DNA from: an uncultured Planctomycetota bacterium
GTDB lineage: Bacteria > Planctomycetota > Planctomycetia > Isosphaerales > Isosphaeraceae
Length of the DNA stretch: 64,000 nt
Assembly: GCA_963823665.1 (NCBI GenBank)
Contig: CAWGMQ010000004.1
Coordinates: forward strand, 1,024,001 to 1,088,000
Reading direction: 5' to 3'
Shown here: positions 9,603-21,261 of the stretch, piece by piece
Position numbering within the stretch: position 1 is the first letter of the stretch
Layout of the letters: the number at the start of each line of letters is the position of its first letter
The notes under the pieces: generated by a model
Databases searched by the model: none
What the model was told of the DNA's origin: nothing
The model's input: the letters and a program-made list of their open reading frames with translations, nothing else
Made by a program: the position numbers and the translations under genes

Positions 9603-10571
9603 TCAAGGTCCATTTGGCCCGTAGTAGCAGACGAGGATGTCGTTGGTTTCGATAACGCCGACCGACAACGTGTTGCCGCTACTGTCGACCAGGGTAAGCG
9701 ACGTCGCTGAACCGAGGTCGAGCTCCTGTTCTGGCGTGCCGGCGACTACGTCGCGGAAGAGCGTGGCGCCGTAGTTGGGGAAAGGGTCCAGGACGGTGCT
9801 CCCAATGGTTCCAGGATCCTCGACAATCCATTCGGCAACATTGCCGGAGAGCGTGACGCCGGAGGGCGGAGTGATGGGATAGCTTGCCGTCTGACCGGTC
9901 GTCTGATTGAGGAAGAATGCCGCGCCCTGCGTGTCGGTCGGCGCACACACCGTGCACAAGACCAGGTCGCCCGCGTTCACGGTGAGGTTGGACTCGGTGA
10001 TCCAGGCATTGCCAAACCACTCGATGATCGGCGTGAACGAAGTCCCCGATACCTGGCCGTTCGAGCCCACCGTTACCTGGGAAAGCGTGCCGGCCTGCAA
10101 CACATCGTTCGTGCCATTCCACCCATCAATCCCGACCCACACGAGACAACTGTAGGTGCCGGCGTTCCAACCCGATCCGTTCCACGCGGAAGGCGGCGGC
10201 GCGACATCCGGGACGATCCAGGCACCGCTCACGCTGTTAAGGGACTGGGATTGCGGCTGGTTCACGAACGCGCCGCTCCAGTTCGTGCTGGTGTTCGAAC
10301 CGGCGGACGACGAGAGATTCCTGCGTGGTCGGTGGACCATTCTGTGATCGACACGCGGGTTTGGAGTGATAAAGTGCAATGGACGAGCCAGCGATCGTTG
10401 CCACAATGCCGCGAGTTTGGGGTGCGTGCGCGGATCGGGACGTGAAGGAAATCCATACAATCTCAATTCTCGGTCCGCCGCAACCAACGGCTGAAAACCT
10501 TCCGGGGGCCGCTTCGCGATGCGGAAGTGACTCAGGACATCCTCATCGCTCCATGTCTTCGTCTCGCTCAT
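9603..10571 (-). CDS. peptidase G1 (eqolisin-type glutamic peptidase) with prosegment
   Basis: STNWSGA, WVGIDG, LQAGT and AEWIVEDP motifs (catalytic Q and E present). Confidence 0.9.
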   Translation of the reverse strand: MSETKTWSDEDVLSHFRIAKRPPEGFQPLVAADRELRLYGFPSRPDPRTHPKLAALWQRSLARPLHFITPNPRVDHRMVHRPRRNLSSSAGSNTSTNWSGAFVNQPQSQSLNSVSGAWIVPDVAPPPSAWNGSGWNAGTYSCLVWVGIDGWNGTNDVLQAGTLSQVTVGSNGQVSGTSFTPIIEWFGNAWITESNLTVNAGDLVLCTVCAPTDTQGAAFFLNQTTGQTASYPITPPSGVTLSGNVAEWIVEDPGTIGSTVLDPFPNYGATLFRDVVAGTPEQELDLGSATSLTLVDSSGNTLSVGVIETNDILVCYYGPNGP

Positions 10572-10889
10572 AAGGATTTCCTTTCGAGTTGGGCTAGACT
10601 GACGAGCGCCAGCATATGTGGCCAGGCTGATGGCCGTCTTGCGGCGACCGCCAAGGCGAGATTGTAACGCGCGGGAAACCGATCGCAACAAGCGGCCTTT
10701 CTGCTAGCATGAAGCTGAATGACGGTGCGATCGGGCTCCCCCGCAAGGGTATACGGAAGGCCCGATGCCCCGTCGCGGAGCGACGGGCGACAATGGGCGA
10801 AGTTCGGGGGGAAACGGCTCGATTGGTGCGCTCGGTGCCGCGTGGCACGGAATCTGGCTGGCGGCGCCTTTTTCTTGCGCCGGCCCTCC

Positions 10890-10994
10890 AAGCCGTAACT
10901 TGTCGAGTTGCAACCGTATTAAATGCGGCCGCGTGTTCACAATTAAGAAAGAAATCGCGCAAAGCCGTAACTCGTCGAGTTGCAACCGTATCAA
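10890..10994. repeat. two 33-bp direct repeats separated by 39 bp
   Basis: AAGCCGTAACTYGTCGAGTTGCAACCGTATYAA at 10890-10922 and 10962-10994. Confidence 0.85.
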
Positions 10995-11784
10995 TTGAGT
11001 GTTTGCAGTTTTTTTTGCAGCGTTTTATGGTCGAACGCAGGTAACCGGCGCATATTCTCTAATGGGAGAAAAAACGGGAGCGCGATGCGGGCGTGACCGG
11101 ACTCGTCCCAAGGCGATGCCTTGGGTTGATTTGTTTTGGCCTTGCGGGCCAAGGAGTGGAATGCGCAACGACCACAACTCGGGCCGAATATCGACCTTGT
11201 TATCACGCGCTGCGTGCGGCGTGCTTCCCTGCTCGGCTCCCCGTCGAGTCCGAGCTGAATCGAGCCGGTCTCGGCGTCGGCCCGAGACGGGCGATTCCGG
11301 ACCAAGCCCCGAGCTTGCTCGCCAGGAATTCACGCCGATGACCACGTCCACGTCGGCCGACGGCTCCGCTTCGATGGTCCGCGAGCGAAGCGAAGGACGA
11401 CACCCGCCGCTAGTCCGCGGTCCCGTAGGGCTCAGGCAGGCCGATGCGGGCGTAGGTAACCGAGAAATGTTGGGAGCAGACAGTCGTCGAAGATATCCCC
11501 TTGAGACAGGGGAACCGGTTGCCCTGGCGCCTGTTCCGTTCGAAGGGCCTCGGAGGTCTTGTACATGAAGTTACTCGCCGGGGAAGCGGTCCGGCAAGCG
11601 CGTTGCGTCAACTAGACACGAGCGAGCGATTTCCGAGCCCGGTCGGGGCAACGTCATCGGGGGTAGCACCATCCCATCCTCGACGAAGGGGCCTGGAGCG
11701 CGCTTTCGTCTCATGAAGAAACAGGCGTTTGCCCGCACCCGCACAACCGGCCTTTCGCTCGTACGATCATCGACCATATTGAAT

Positions 11785-12694
11785 TCAGCTTAGCGCGCCG
11801 CCGCGAGGCAGAGCTCCGTTTTCGAGGTACCACATCTTGTCGGGCCCGCGAACGAGGGCGATTGCCGCTGGAATCGAGTGGATGGCGCCTTCGGAGCGCC
11901 GGCCGCGAACTGACACGCGGATAGAATATGTCACATCGATGCGGGTTTTGCCCGCGCTCTTCTCGGACTTGAACTCGGTCACTTCGAAAACGAGCGGCGT
12001 CAGCGGCCCAGCGTGACCTTGCCGCAAGCGCGCCAGTTGCTCTTTCCAGTACCCTTGGAACCCTGCAAATGAACCGTACGAGCCGGAAATACGGCCCGCC
12101 GTGCTGAGCAACAGCCACATCCGGCGGAAGTGGGGGACGTGGTGCGATAACGCACCGTAATAATCGCGCAGGGCCTGCTCGGGTGTGATCCGAACCGGGC
12201 GCTCGAGCGTGATCAATATCGGATAGGAGAGCACGACAGCCACAATCGCGCCCACGAGGAGCAGAACAAACGCTAGCGCGTGGAACTCGGTGCCGAAGAC
12301 GAAATAAACGAGGAGCAACATCGCGGTCGACCAGGCCCCGACGACGATGAGGCTCGTGCCCCATTCGGACCATCGCGACCACGTTTCTTCGACCAAGGCC
12401 GACGGATCGAGGCGAGTTTCGTCGCGAGCGCGGGGGATGGTGGCGCCGGCTTCCGATAGACGCGCCGCGGGCTCCGTGGGCGCGCTTGGGCGCCGAAGGA
12501 CTCTGCGCAGGCGCCCAATCAGCGGCCCAGTCGGGTGCGTCCGCCAGGTCGAATACTTCGCCGGAAGCGGGCGCGGGCTGGGGTGCCGGCGCTGCGGGCT
12601 GAGCGGGCGACGTGTTCTGGAACAGCAGGCCGGCATCCCCCACCTGCGGCTGGGGCTCACCGTGACGGGCTGCTTCGGCTTTGTCGTCGGGCAT
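11785..12694 (-). CDS. hypothetical membrane protein (one frameshift near 12450)
   Basis: Pro/Ala-rich N-terminus MPDDKAE in one frame; two TM helices and a globular C-terminus in another. Confidence 0.6.
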
Positions 12695-12954
12695 CCGCCT
12701 CTCCTCTCAAGTGAAGCCTCGCCCAGGCCCTTCGTTGTGCCCGCCAGGCCAAGAGAGACTGAACGCAAACCTCGCGCCGGTCGAGACGGCGGATTGTACC
12801 GTCTCTCTGTCCAACTTGCGACAGGGTAGTGGGATACTGCATTCGCCGATCGGGAATGGTAACCTGAATCGACCCTGAACGAGAGAGAGTGCCGAGCCGG
12901 CAACCAAACCGCTATATACGAAAATCACATGATGAATTCTTGAAGGTGCCGTTC

Positions 12955-13170
12955 ATGGATCAGAAAGCTGTCAGCGCCCTCGAGGAAGACCTGGAAGGCG
13001 CCATTCTGAGCGTGATCATGAAGGCCGTGAAAGGCAGGCGAATTCCGCTGTTGCCCAGCCACCGAACCATCCACCTGATGGCGAAAGCGGCTGTTGTGGT
13101 CTATGAAACTGCGGTCGACGTTTCGGAATCCGAGTCGCGCAACGCGCCCGAGCGCCGCGGGTCGACATGA
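12955..13170 (+). CDS. small hypothetical protein
   Basis: 71-aa ORF MDQKAVSALEEDLEGAI...HLMAKAAVVVYE with protein-like composition. Confidence 0.55.
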   Translation: MDQKAVSALEEDLEGAILSVIMKAVKGRRIPLLPSHRTIHLMAKAAVVVYETAVDVSESESRNAPERRGST

Positions 13171-13189
13171 GACGGTGGTTGTCTCTGGC

Positions 13190-13956
13190 TCAGCCCCGAA
13201 AGCCCCCGTCCACCTCCAGGACATGCCCTGTGACGTAGCTCGCCAGGCCCGAGCACAGAAATAGAACCGCAGACGCAACCTCTTCAGGCTGGCCCATGCG
13301 GCCGAGGGCAATCGCGGAACTGAGCTGCTCGCGGGCTTTCTCGGCAACGGACGCCATCATCGCGGTGTCGATCGCGCCGGGGGCGACGGCGTTCACCCGA
13401 ATTCGTCGCTTGGCGCACTCGCGGGCCAGCACCCGCACCAGCGCCTGCACGCCGGCCTTGGCGGCAGCGTAGTTGGACTGGCCGTGTGCGCCGATCTTCG
13501 CTGCCAGGCTCCCGACGCAAACGATCGCACCGCCGTCGCGCATCACTTCCAGGCCGAACTTCGAACAGTGAAAGACACCGGTCAGGTTGACGTTGATCAC
13601 CGCTTGCCATTCATCGAGCGTCATCTTGGCGATCGAACGGTCGCGGAGGATGCCCGCGTTGTTCACCAGGATGTCGAGACCTCCCAGGCTGCGCCTGACG
13701 CGCTCCATCATCGCCTGCACAGCAGCCGCGTCGCTCACGTCGGCCGCCTCGGCAACCGCGCTTCCGGGCGCTCGTGATTGAGTTGATCGGAGAGCGCCAG
13801 GGAATCGTGCAGCGTCTTGCCGTCGGCGGAATCCGGGTGGTTGATCACCACGAGCGCTCCCGCGCCGTGCAGCGCCCGGGCAATCGCGGCCCCGATTCCC
13901 TGGCTGGCACCTGTCACCAGGGCAGTCTTGCCGGAAAGATCAATGATGGCGGGCAT
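13190..13956 (-). CDS. fabG: 3-oxoacyl-ACP reductase-like SDR (frameshift near 13770)
   Basis: [21 protein letters not shown] and NAVAPG motifs split across two frames. Confidence 0.75.
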
Positions 13957-13994
13957 GAGGTTTTTGCCTCTGACAGCAGACCACGAAGGAGACT

Positions 13995-14876
13995 TCAACC
14001 AAGTACAAGTCCTTGATCGTCGATTCGATAGGGGATGATTTCGTCGCTGCACGCGCTGCCGCGGTGCTTGGGAATCACCAACGCCCGGCCGAGCCGGCCC
14101 TCCTGGCGGGTCCGGCCCATCAGAATGATCGTGTTGGCCGTGGCGAACACGTTGCCCGATCCGATCGGATCCGTCATCAGGTCTTCAAGCATCACCTGCG
14201 GGGTCGTGTAGAGACAGAGACAACCGATCGAACGATGATCGTAACGGTGGCTCATCACCGATTCCTGGCGGGCGCGAAACTGCTCGCGAAGCCATTCGCG
14301 CGCGGCCCATTCGTCGTCCTGACGTAGAACGTGGTGGTACACGTATTCGAAGAATTCGAACTGGATCGATTCGCTCGATCGCTCGGCCGGCTCGATTCCG
14401 TCGAAAACCGCGCGGCGGGAGCCACGTGCGAAATGCTGATAGAAAAAACCGGTCGCACACCGAAGCACGCGTGAGAGGTCGCTTTTCCACTCGTGCCACT
14501 GTTCCTCATCCAGGTCGGCGCGGGTCACCCGGCGGCCGACGCGGTCCACCGGATGCACGTAGTCGCCGAGCGGCCGGGTGAAGTCCCATGCTTGCTCGAA
14601 GTCAGGCACGAGCGAAACCGTGTAATCGCGAAGCGGCCAGCCGAAAAGACGCATTGCATAAGGGGCGTGATTCTGGGAATCTCCTCGACTTGTCAAGTCG
14701 CAAAGCACGCCCCGGTGGCCTTCACCCGCCAACCCGGCGTTTGCCCATTGCAATCCCAACTGGGTCTTCCCCGCGCCGGTCGCGCCGGCGATCACCGTCA
14801 AGGTGCCCGGAAGCAATCCGCCGCCCAGACTACGATCCAGCTCTTCGATCTCGAAACTCTGTCGTCCCGTAGACAT
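13995..14876 (-). CDS. KaiC/RAD55-like RecA-superfamily ATPase
   Basis: [11 protein letters not shown], Walker [14 protein letters not shown] and KHRGS. Confidence 0.85.
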   Translation of the reverse strand: MSTGRQSFEIEELDRSLGGGLLPGTLTVIAGATGAGKTQLGLQWANAGLAGEGHRGVLCDLTSRGDSQNHAPYAMRLFGWPLRDYTVSLVPDFEQAWDFTRPLGDYVHPVDRVGRRVTRADLDEEQWHEWKSDLSRVLRCATGFFYQHFARGSRRAVFDGIEPAERSSESIQFEFFEYVYHHVLRQDDEWAAREWLREQFRARQESVMSHRYDHRSIGCLCLYTTPQVMLEDLMTDPIGSGNVFATANTIILMGRTRQEGRLGRALVIPKHRGSACSDEIIPYRIDDQGLVLG

Positions 14877-15210
14877 TGGATCCCCATGTGACGCGTCTCG
14901 AAGCGCTTTGCAGATAAGGGGTCGCGGTCGAGGAATTCGATTGTCGATGTTCGGCCGCAGAGGCGGCAAGAGCCAAAACTGTGACTCCAAGCGATAAAAG
15001 CTAAAGTCAGACGCACCCTGCGGCCGATGCCGTCCTACAACCGGTACAAACCGGAAAGTTTAACGTTTCTCTGCCTAAGAAGAGCGGGGCTAAAAGACCT
15101 CACAACTATAGAAGGAAACCGGCACATAAAGGATGCTATTGAAAGCGTTTACGATCAATCAATTCCGGATCCAGCTCTCCCTTCGCGGGCGATCGCGTCG
15201 CGTTGCTGAT

Positions 15211-17320
15211 ATGCGCCGTTCGCATCGATGCGTGCAAGCCATTCTGGTCGCTCTGGTCGGGATTTCTCTGGGCTTGCCGCTCCGCGCAGGTGCCGGAGAC
15301 GCCGGGCCAACCCGGCTCGACGGTTGCGTCCGGGCCAGAACGGGCAGCGCCGCGGCGGGACCTTTCTGCGATGATCGCCCGGGGCGCTCCGTCGGGTCGC
15401 TTCGCACCTTCGCAATCGTCGATCGAGATCACGCAATTGCCTGCGCCGCAGCCGAGCGTGCCGGCGGTTGATCCGATTCCGCGAGTTATTTCGCTCGAGC
15501 CGCAGGCGGGACCGGGTTCGGTACCCGGCAGCCCACCGCAACCGCACATCATTCGGTTTCCGACCGACAACACCGGGCTCAGACCGGAGCGCCCGCCGCT
15601 CGCCGGCCGCGAGAGGTCTCCGGCAGAAGTGACGAAGGACGTGGCGAACCTGGTCGAGCTGGTGCAAGACCCCGAAGCCGAAATCAGCCTGGTCGAGGGC
15701 CAGACGAAGATCATTCAGCTTCGGCGAACCGTCAGCCGCATCGTGATTGCAAACCCGAACGTCGCCGACGTCGAGATCTTCACGGATCAGCCGGATCCTC
15801 GCCAGGTGAACGCCGGGCGGCTCTTGAACCTCTCCGGCCGCGGCTTCGGTACGACGACGCTGACGATCTGGGATGACACGAACCGTCCGGTTACCTTTCT
15901 GGTGCGCGTTTCACTGGACACCAAGGATCTCGAGTCGCGGATTCGCCAGTCGTTTCCGGGAGCCGAGATCAAGGTACGCCAGGCCGGCCCGCAGCTCATT
16001 CTGGACGGGCAGGCGCCCGACTCGAAAACTCTCCACGACATCCTTCAGCTCGTCACCATGACCGTCGCGAGCAACCTGTCGTATCAGGCCGTGCTGCGCA
16101 GCTCGATCGGAGGCACCGGTGGAATGGGGGGTGCCGGAGGCATGGGCGCGGGTGGCGCCGGAGGCGGCGGCGCGGGTGCGGGTGGAGGAATGGGCGGCGG
16201 AATGGGCGGCGGGATGGGTGCTGGCGGCGGAATGGCGATGGGCGGGATGGGGGGAGGAGCAGGGGGCCTTCGCGGGTTCGTGCTCATCAACCGGGTGACC
16301 GTTCCCGGCCCTCGGCAGATTCTCCTGCACGTGAAGATTGCGGAGATCAACCGGACCGCGACCCGGAACGTCGGCGTGAGCTGGGTTTATAATCGCGGCA
16401 ACTCGATCTTCGGGTCGGTGCCGGGCGGCACGAACGCTAGCGCGACCGCGACCTTCGCGGCGACTTCATCATTGTCGCAGGCAACCAACAACGCGGGCTT
16501 CGTGAAGCCTGGGCAGTCGGCTGTGGGGGCTACGAACTCGGTCGTGCCGACCGGGAACACGCCGCTCTTCGGCGTCTTCGACTCGGGGCACTTCTCGCTT
16601 TTCGTCGAGGCGTTGCGCGTCAATGCCCTTGCCAAGATCCTCGCGGAGCCCAACCTGGTTGCCCTGGAGGGCCAACCCGCGCGGTTCCTGGTCGGCGGCT
16701 TGTTCCCGTTCCCGGTCCCTCAGAGCTCGTCGCTCCCAGGTGGAACCGCGGTCGTCACGGTGCAGTTCCAGCGGTTTGGCACGATCCTGACGTTTCTTCC
16801 CGAGATTCTGCCCAACGACGTGATCAGGCTGGATGTTGAGCCCGTCATCAGCAACCTCAATTTCGCGCAGTCCACGACCGTGAATGGCGGCACAGTTCCA
16901 TCCATCACCGAGCGAAGTGCCCGGACGGTCGTCGAATTGCGCGAGGGACAGACGCTGGCGATCGCGGGGTTGCTCCAATCGCTGACGAATGCCACGACGA
17001 CGCGAGTTCCCGGGCTTGGGGACCTGCCAATCGTCGGGCCCTGGTTCAGCGCCGTCCAGCACCAAGTGGTCGAGACCGAGACCGTTGTGCTCGTGACACC
17101 CGAGCTGGTCTCGCCGCTCGAAAAGCACGAAGTGACCGAAGCGCCCGGTGACCGGATCTATTCGCCGAACGATGCCGAATTCTATTTCCTCGGCCGCATC
17201 GAAGGAAAACTGGGCCGGGAGTTCCGCGCAAGCGTCGGCGAACAAGACCCGCTCAACCTGATGAAGCACTTCCAGAGCGAACAGCAGTGGGTCGTCGGGC
17301 CTCACGGGCATTCTGACTAG
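15211..17320 (+). CDS. cpaC: CpaC/RcpA-type secretin (frameshift after the signal peptide)
   Basis: IVIANPNVADV pilin-N domain, QILLHVKIAE, AKILAEPNL, TVVELREGQTLAIAGL, VPGLGDLP; signal-like MRRSHRCVQAILVALVGISLGLPL in the preceding frame. Confidence 0.85.
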
Positions 17321-17337
17321 AGGGGACATTTGCAGAG

Positions 17338-17988
17338 ATGGCAAGACCTGGAGTTCGAATCACGTGCCTGTGGAGCTTGGTTCTCGTCGTGGGCCCGGCG
17401 GCGAGCCAGTCGTTCGCTCAGACTAGCGATGACTCCGCCGTGCCGGCACCCGCACCGGCCGCGCCTCCGCCATGCCCGCGGCGTGGGCGAATTCACCGGA
17501 TGTTCCATCATGTGGCTCACACGGTCCAGGACAAGTTCGTCGGCTATCCGGACACGTTCGCCGAGCCGCCGCTGGGCTATTACGTCAATGAGCAAATGAC
17601 GGTGCAAGTCGCGAAAGCCAATACCCATCGCTTCACGTTCTACCGGAGCGATTTCCTGCCGGGCACGACCGAGTTCTCGCCCGCAGGCGCATCGCGGTTC
17701 AATGTCATGGCCGGCCGGATTCCCGGCTGGATGGGGCCGATCATGGTCGAGTGGATGCCAGATAACCCGGCGCTGGCCGAAGCGCGGCGCGTGGCCCTGG
17801 CCGAGACGTTCCAAAAAGTCGGCATGCCGCTCGTGGCCGACCGCGTCGTGATTGGCCCTTCGCCCTATCCTGGCGCGATGGGAGTCGAGGCCGTGAACCA
17901 TTCCGGAAACACGATCTTGCGAAACGGCGGCGCCGCTCCGATGTTCCCGTTGCCGCCGACCGCAACCGCCGACTCGGGGGTGCATTGA
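17338..17988 (+). CDS. hypothetical exported protein in the secretin operon
   Basis: Signal-peptide-like N-terminus; starts 17 bp after the secretin stop. Confidence 0.7.
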   Translation: MARPGVRITCLWSLVLVVGPAASQSFAQTSDDSAVPAPAPAAPPPCPRRGRIHRMFHHVAHTVQDKFVGYPDTFAEPPLGYYVNEQMTVQVAKANTHRFTFYRSDFLPGTTEFSPAGASRFNVMAGRIPGWMGPIMVEWMPDNPALAEARRVALAETFQKVGMPLVADRVVIGPSPYPGAMGVEAVNHSGNTILRNGGAAPMFPLPPTATADSGVH

Positions 17989-18052
17989 TGCCGACGCGCC
18001 CGCGCTGACTCGAGCGACTTGGAAACAGCGTCCTGCCGGCGCGCGCGCCCGG

Positions 18053-19767
18053 TTGATCGTCCTGGCGATTTCCTTTGCCGGTTGGGCCGCTCTGGGTTCC
18101 GGCTGCCTCCTGACACCGCTGCAAGCTCCCAGCGCTGCGCCGACAGCTCCTCCGCAGATACCCGAGGGCGCAAACGCCGAAATTGCTGCCCAGCTTCAGC
18201 AGTCGGGGCCGACGACGGATTTCCGTGCCGAGGCGACGGACCGGCAGGCGTTCCAGGTGCATATCGATTTCGGACGCGTCTTCGAATCGCAAGGCAACCT
18301 TGACGCGGCCGTGCTCGAATACCAGGAAGCCCTCACGGTCGTCGAAACCAAGCGGCGGGGCTCGCTCGGCCCAGCGGATGCGGCGCTGGCGCACCGGCGG
18401 ATGGGGGCGCGCTCGATCGTCTGGGGCGATTTGCCCAGGCCGAGTCTCACTATCAAAAATCGCTCAAACTTTCGCCGAGTGATTCCAAGGTCTGGAACGA
18501 CGTTGGCTACAGCTATTATCTCCAGGGGCGCTGGCCTGACGCCGAGCGCGCGCTCAAGACGGCGGCCAAGCTCGCGCCCGACGACGAGCGCGTTCGAATC
18601 AACCTGGGCTTGACGCTGGCCGCCGCGGGCAAGACAACCGAAGCACTTCCGCTTCTCTCGCGTTCAACCGGCGATGCAGCGGGCCATGCCAACCTTGGCT
18701 ACTTGCTGGCCGCGACCGGTCAATTCGACCTGGCTCGACAGCAATACGAGATCGCCCTGGCGCAGCGGCCCGACATGGAACTGGCACGGCGAGCCCTTGC
18801 CCGGCTCGACCGCCAGCAGCAAAACCCAACCATGCCCGACGGCGCCGGCGGATCGCTGGCGGCGAGGAATCGTGACGCGGCCGAGCCGCTAGATCGTCAC
18901 GGCGAGCCAGCGGCTGTAACCACGGCCACGATTCCGCCTGCGCCGAATCGCAGTGTCGAGCCGGCGGCTGTAACCGCGGCCGCAATTTCGCCTTCGCGAA
19001 ATCTCCATGTCGAGCCCGCGGCTCCAACCAAGGCCAAGATTCCGCCTTCGCGAAATCTCCAAGTTGAGCCTGCGGCTGTAATCACAGCCAAGATTCTGCC
19101 TCCGCGAAATCTCCCAGTCGAGCCGACGGCTGTACTCACAGCCAAGATTCCGCCGCCGCGAAATCTCCTAGTCGAACCCGCGGCTGTAACCACGGCCACA
19201 AATTCGCCGCCGCGAAATTTCCGAGTCGAGCCCGCGGCTCCAACCAAGGTCACGATTCCGCCTTCGCGAAATCTCCGAGTCGAGCCCGCGGCTGTGCTCA
19301 CGGCCAAGACTCCGCCGCCGCGAAATCTCCATGTCGAGCCCGCGGCTCCAACCAAGGCCACGATTCCGCCTTCGCGAAATCTCCGAGTCGAGCCCGCGGC
19401 TGTACTCACGGCCAAGACTCCGCCGCCGCGAAATCTCCATGTCGAGCCCGCGGCTCCAACCAAGGCCACGATTCCGCCTCCGCGAAGTCTCCATGTCGAG
19501 CCCGCGGCTCCAACCAAAGCCACGATTCCGCCTCCGCGAAATCTCCAAGTCGAGCCCGCGGCTGTAACCACGGCCACGATTCCGCCACCGCGAAGTCTCC
19601 ATGTCGAGCCCGCGGCTCCAACCAAGGCCGCGATTCCGCCACCGCGAAACTGGAGCGTTCCGCCGGCCTCTCGAGCGCCGAATGCGCTTGTCAATCCGAG
19701 CGGAACGCAGCCTGGCCGAACAGATGTCATCAACGTCTCGAATCCTCCGACCGTGCCGGATATCTGA
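18053..19767 (+). CDS. TPR lipoprotein (TadD-like) with Pro/Thr-rich repeat tail; frameshift at the G run near 18405
   Basis: Lipobox-like ALGSGC; TPR motifs (WNDVGYSYYLQG, INLGLTLA, HANLGYLLA); start uncertain. Confidence 0.75.
18904..19659 (+). repeat. 14 x 54-bp coding tandem repeat (18 aa, EPAAxTxAxIPPxRNLxV)
   Basis: Counted directly in the translation and DNA. Confidence 0.95.
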
Positions 19768-19808
19768 GGATCGAGACGATCCGATGGAGTCGTTCTTGTT
19801 CCAGTGCG

Positions 19809-21245
19809 TCACTGCGCGGCCTTGCCCGTGTTGGCTCCGGCCTCAGTGCCTCGGGCGCTGGCAGCGAGGATTTCGAGATTGCCCGTCATCACTCGCTCCG
19901 TGCCGTCGAACTCGGGCCAATCGACGGTGTTGGCCGCAGTGGAGAATTTCCTCAGCACTTCGGTGTGCGTGTCGTCGGACGGGCCGACGATGACCGGAGT
20001 GCGGACGGGCTTGCCGTCGACCTCGAAGAAGACGAAAGAGTTCTGCCCCTGCAATCCGATCGCGCTCGAGGGAAGCGTCCAGACCTGCTTGCGCTCGAGC
20101 GCGATGGTCACGGTCACATACCAGCCGGGGTGGAGGTTGTCATCCGAGTTGGCAACGTCGATTTCGGTCTGGAGCGTACGAGTGGCGGGATCGAGCGAGA
20201 AGGCCGTGCGCACAACTTTTCCCTGGCGGGTGGCGCCCGAGATCGCCTGCATGCGGATCGTGGCCGTGTCGTTGGGATGGATGAAGAACGAGTGCAGCTC
20301 GGGCACTCCGACGAAGACGCGCAGGGGGTCGGTTTGCTCAAGCACGAACAGAGGCCGGCCGCCTGAGCCGGTACCGGGCTGAAGGTAGTCACCGGGGCTG
20401 ACGTTGCGCTGGGTGATCACGCCGTCGTAGGGGGCCTTGATCATGCCGTATTCAACCAGAACACGCGCGTCGCGTTCGTCGGCCTGGGCGACCTCCCACT
20501 GGGCACTGGCCGACTCGACGTCCACCTCCGCACGGTCACGATCGGCGATGGCCTGATCGTAGGAGGAGAGGCTTTCGGACACCATGGCGTCGGCCTGGTC
20601 GCGTGCGGCGGCGGCCTCCTCGAACTGGCGGTACGTTTCGTCGCGAACCTGGACGTCCAGGACGCGCTGGGTGACGAGCGTCTCCAGCCGTTTGTACTCG
20701 GACTCCCAACGGGTGTAGCTGGCCTGGGCCCTCTTGACGCCGGCTTTGGCCGACGCGATTCTTGCCTTGGCCGTTCGCACCTTTGCTTCGGCCGCCTGGA
20801 GGGAGCTCTGGGCAACGCGGATCATGACCTCGGACTTCTTGACCTCCGCGACTTTCTCGGAGTGCTGTTCGACAAAGTCGGGAATCCACATCTCGATCAG
20901 CACATCGCCTTTCTTTACCCGGTCGCCAATGTTGTAGTTGTACTTTTGCACGTATCCCGAAATTCGCGAGTAGACCGGCGTGACCTCGAAGGCCTGCATC
21001 GTTCCGGGCTGAACGACGCGTGTCTTCAAATTGCGGCGCTCGGCGTGGATGACGGAGATTCCTGCGGTCGAGCCTGCCTCACTCTTGCCAGAAGCGCTTT
21101 TCGCCCCGGGAGAAGTCGCGCCTTCCCTGGAGTGATTGCAGCCGGCCGCCAGAATCAGCCCGAGCACGACGAGCGTGGAGACCACGCACGAAAGAGCGGG
21201 ACACATCACCGATGAGAGCCTCGAGACAACCGCGTGCTTCGGCAT
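19809..21245 (-). CDS. RND periplasmic adaptor (membrane fusion protein)
   Basis: VYSRISGYV, GDRVKKGDVL, long alpha-hairpin, IKAPYDGVITQR, LDPATRTL. Confidence 0.9.
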   Translation of the reverse strand: MPKHAVVSRLSSVMCPALSCVVSTLVVLGLILAAGCNHSREGATSPGAKSASGKSEAGSTAGISVIHAERRNLKTRVVQPGTMQAFEVTPVYSRISGYVQKYNYNIGDRVKKGDVLIEMWIPDFVEQHSEKVAEVKKSEVMIRVAQSSLQAAEAKVRTAKARIASAKAGVKRAQASYTRWESEYKRLETLVTQRVLDVQVRDETYRQFEEAAAARDQADAMVSESLSSYDQAIADRDRAEVDVESASAQWEVAQADERDARVLVEYGMIKAPYDGVITQRNVSPGDYLQPGTGSGGRPLFVLEQTDPLRVFVGVPELHSFFIHPNDTATIRMQAISGATRQGKVVRTAFSLDPATRTLQTEIDVANSDDNLHPGWYVTVTIALERKQVWTLPSSAIGLQGQNSFVFFEVDGKPVRTPVIVGPSDDTHTEVLRKFSTAANTVDWPEFDGTERVMTGNLEILAASARGTEAGANTGKAAQ

Positions 21246-21261
21246 GGCAGGTACCTCCGAA

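Noticed and set aside
10890..10994. CRISPR array
   Set aside because: Only two repeats and one spacer, and no cas genes in the window; kept as an unexplained repeat
10999..11716. ORFs or ncRNA in the intergenic gap
   Set aside because: No recognisable protein motif or RNA family signature; needs an Rfam or RNA-seq check
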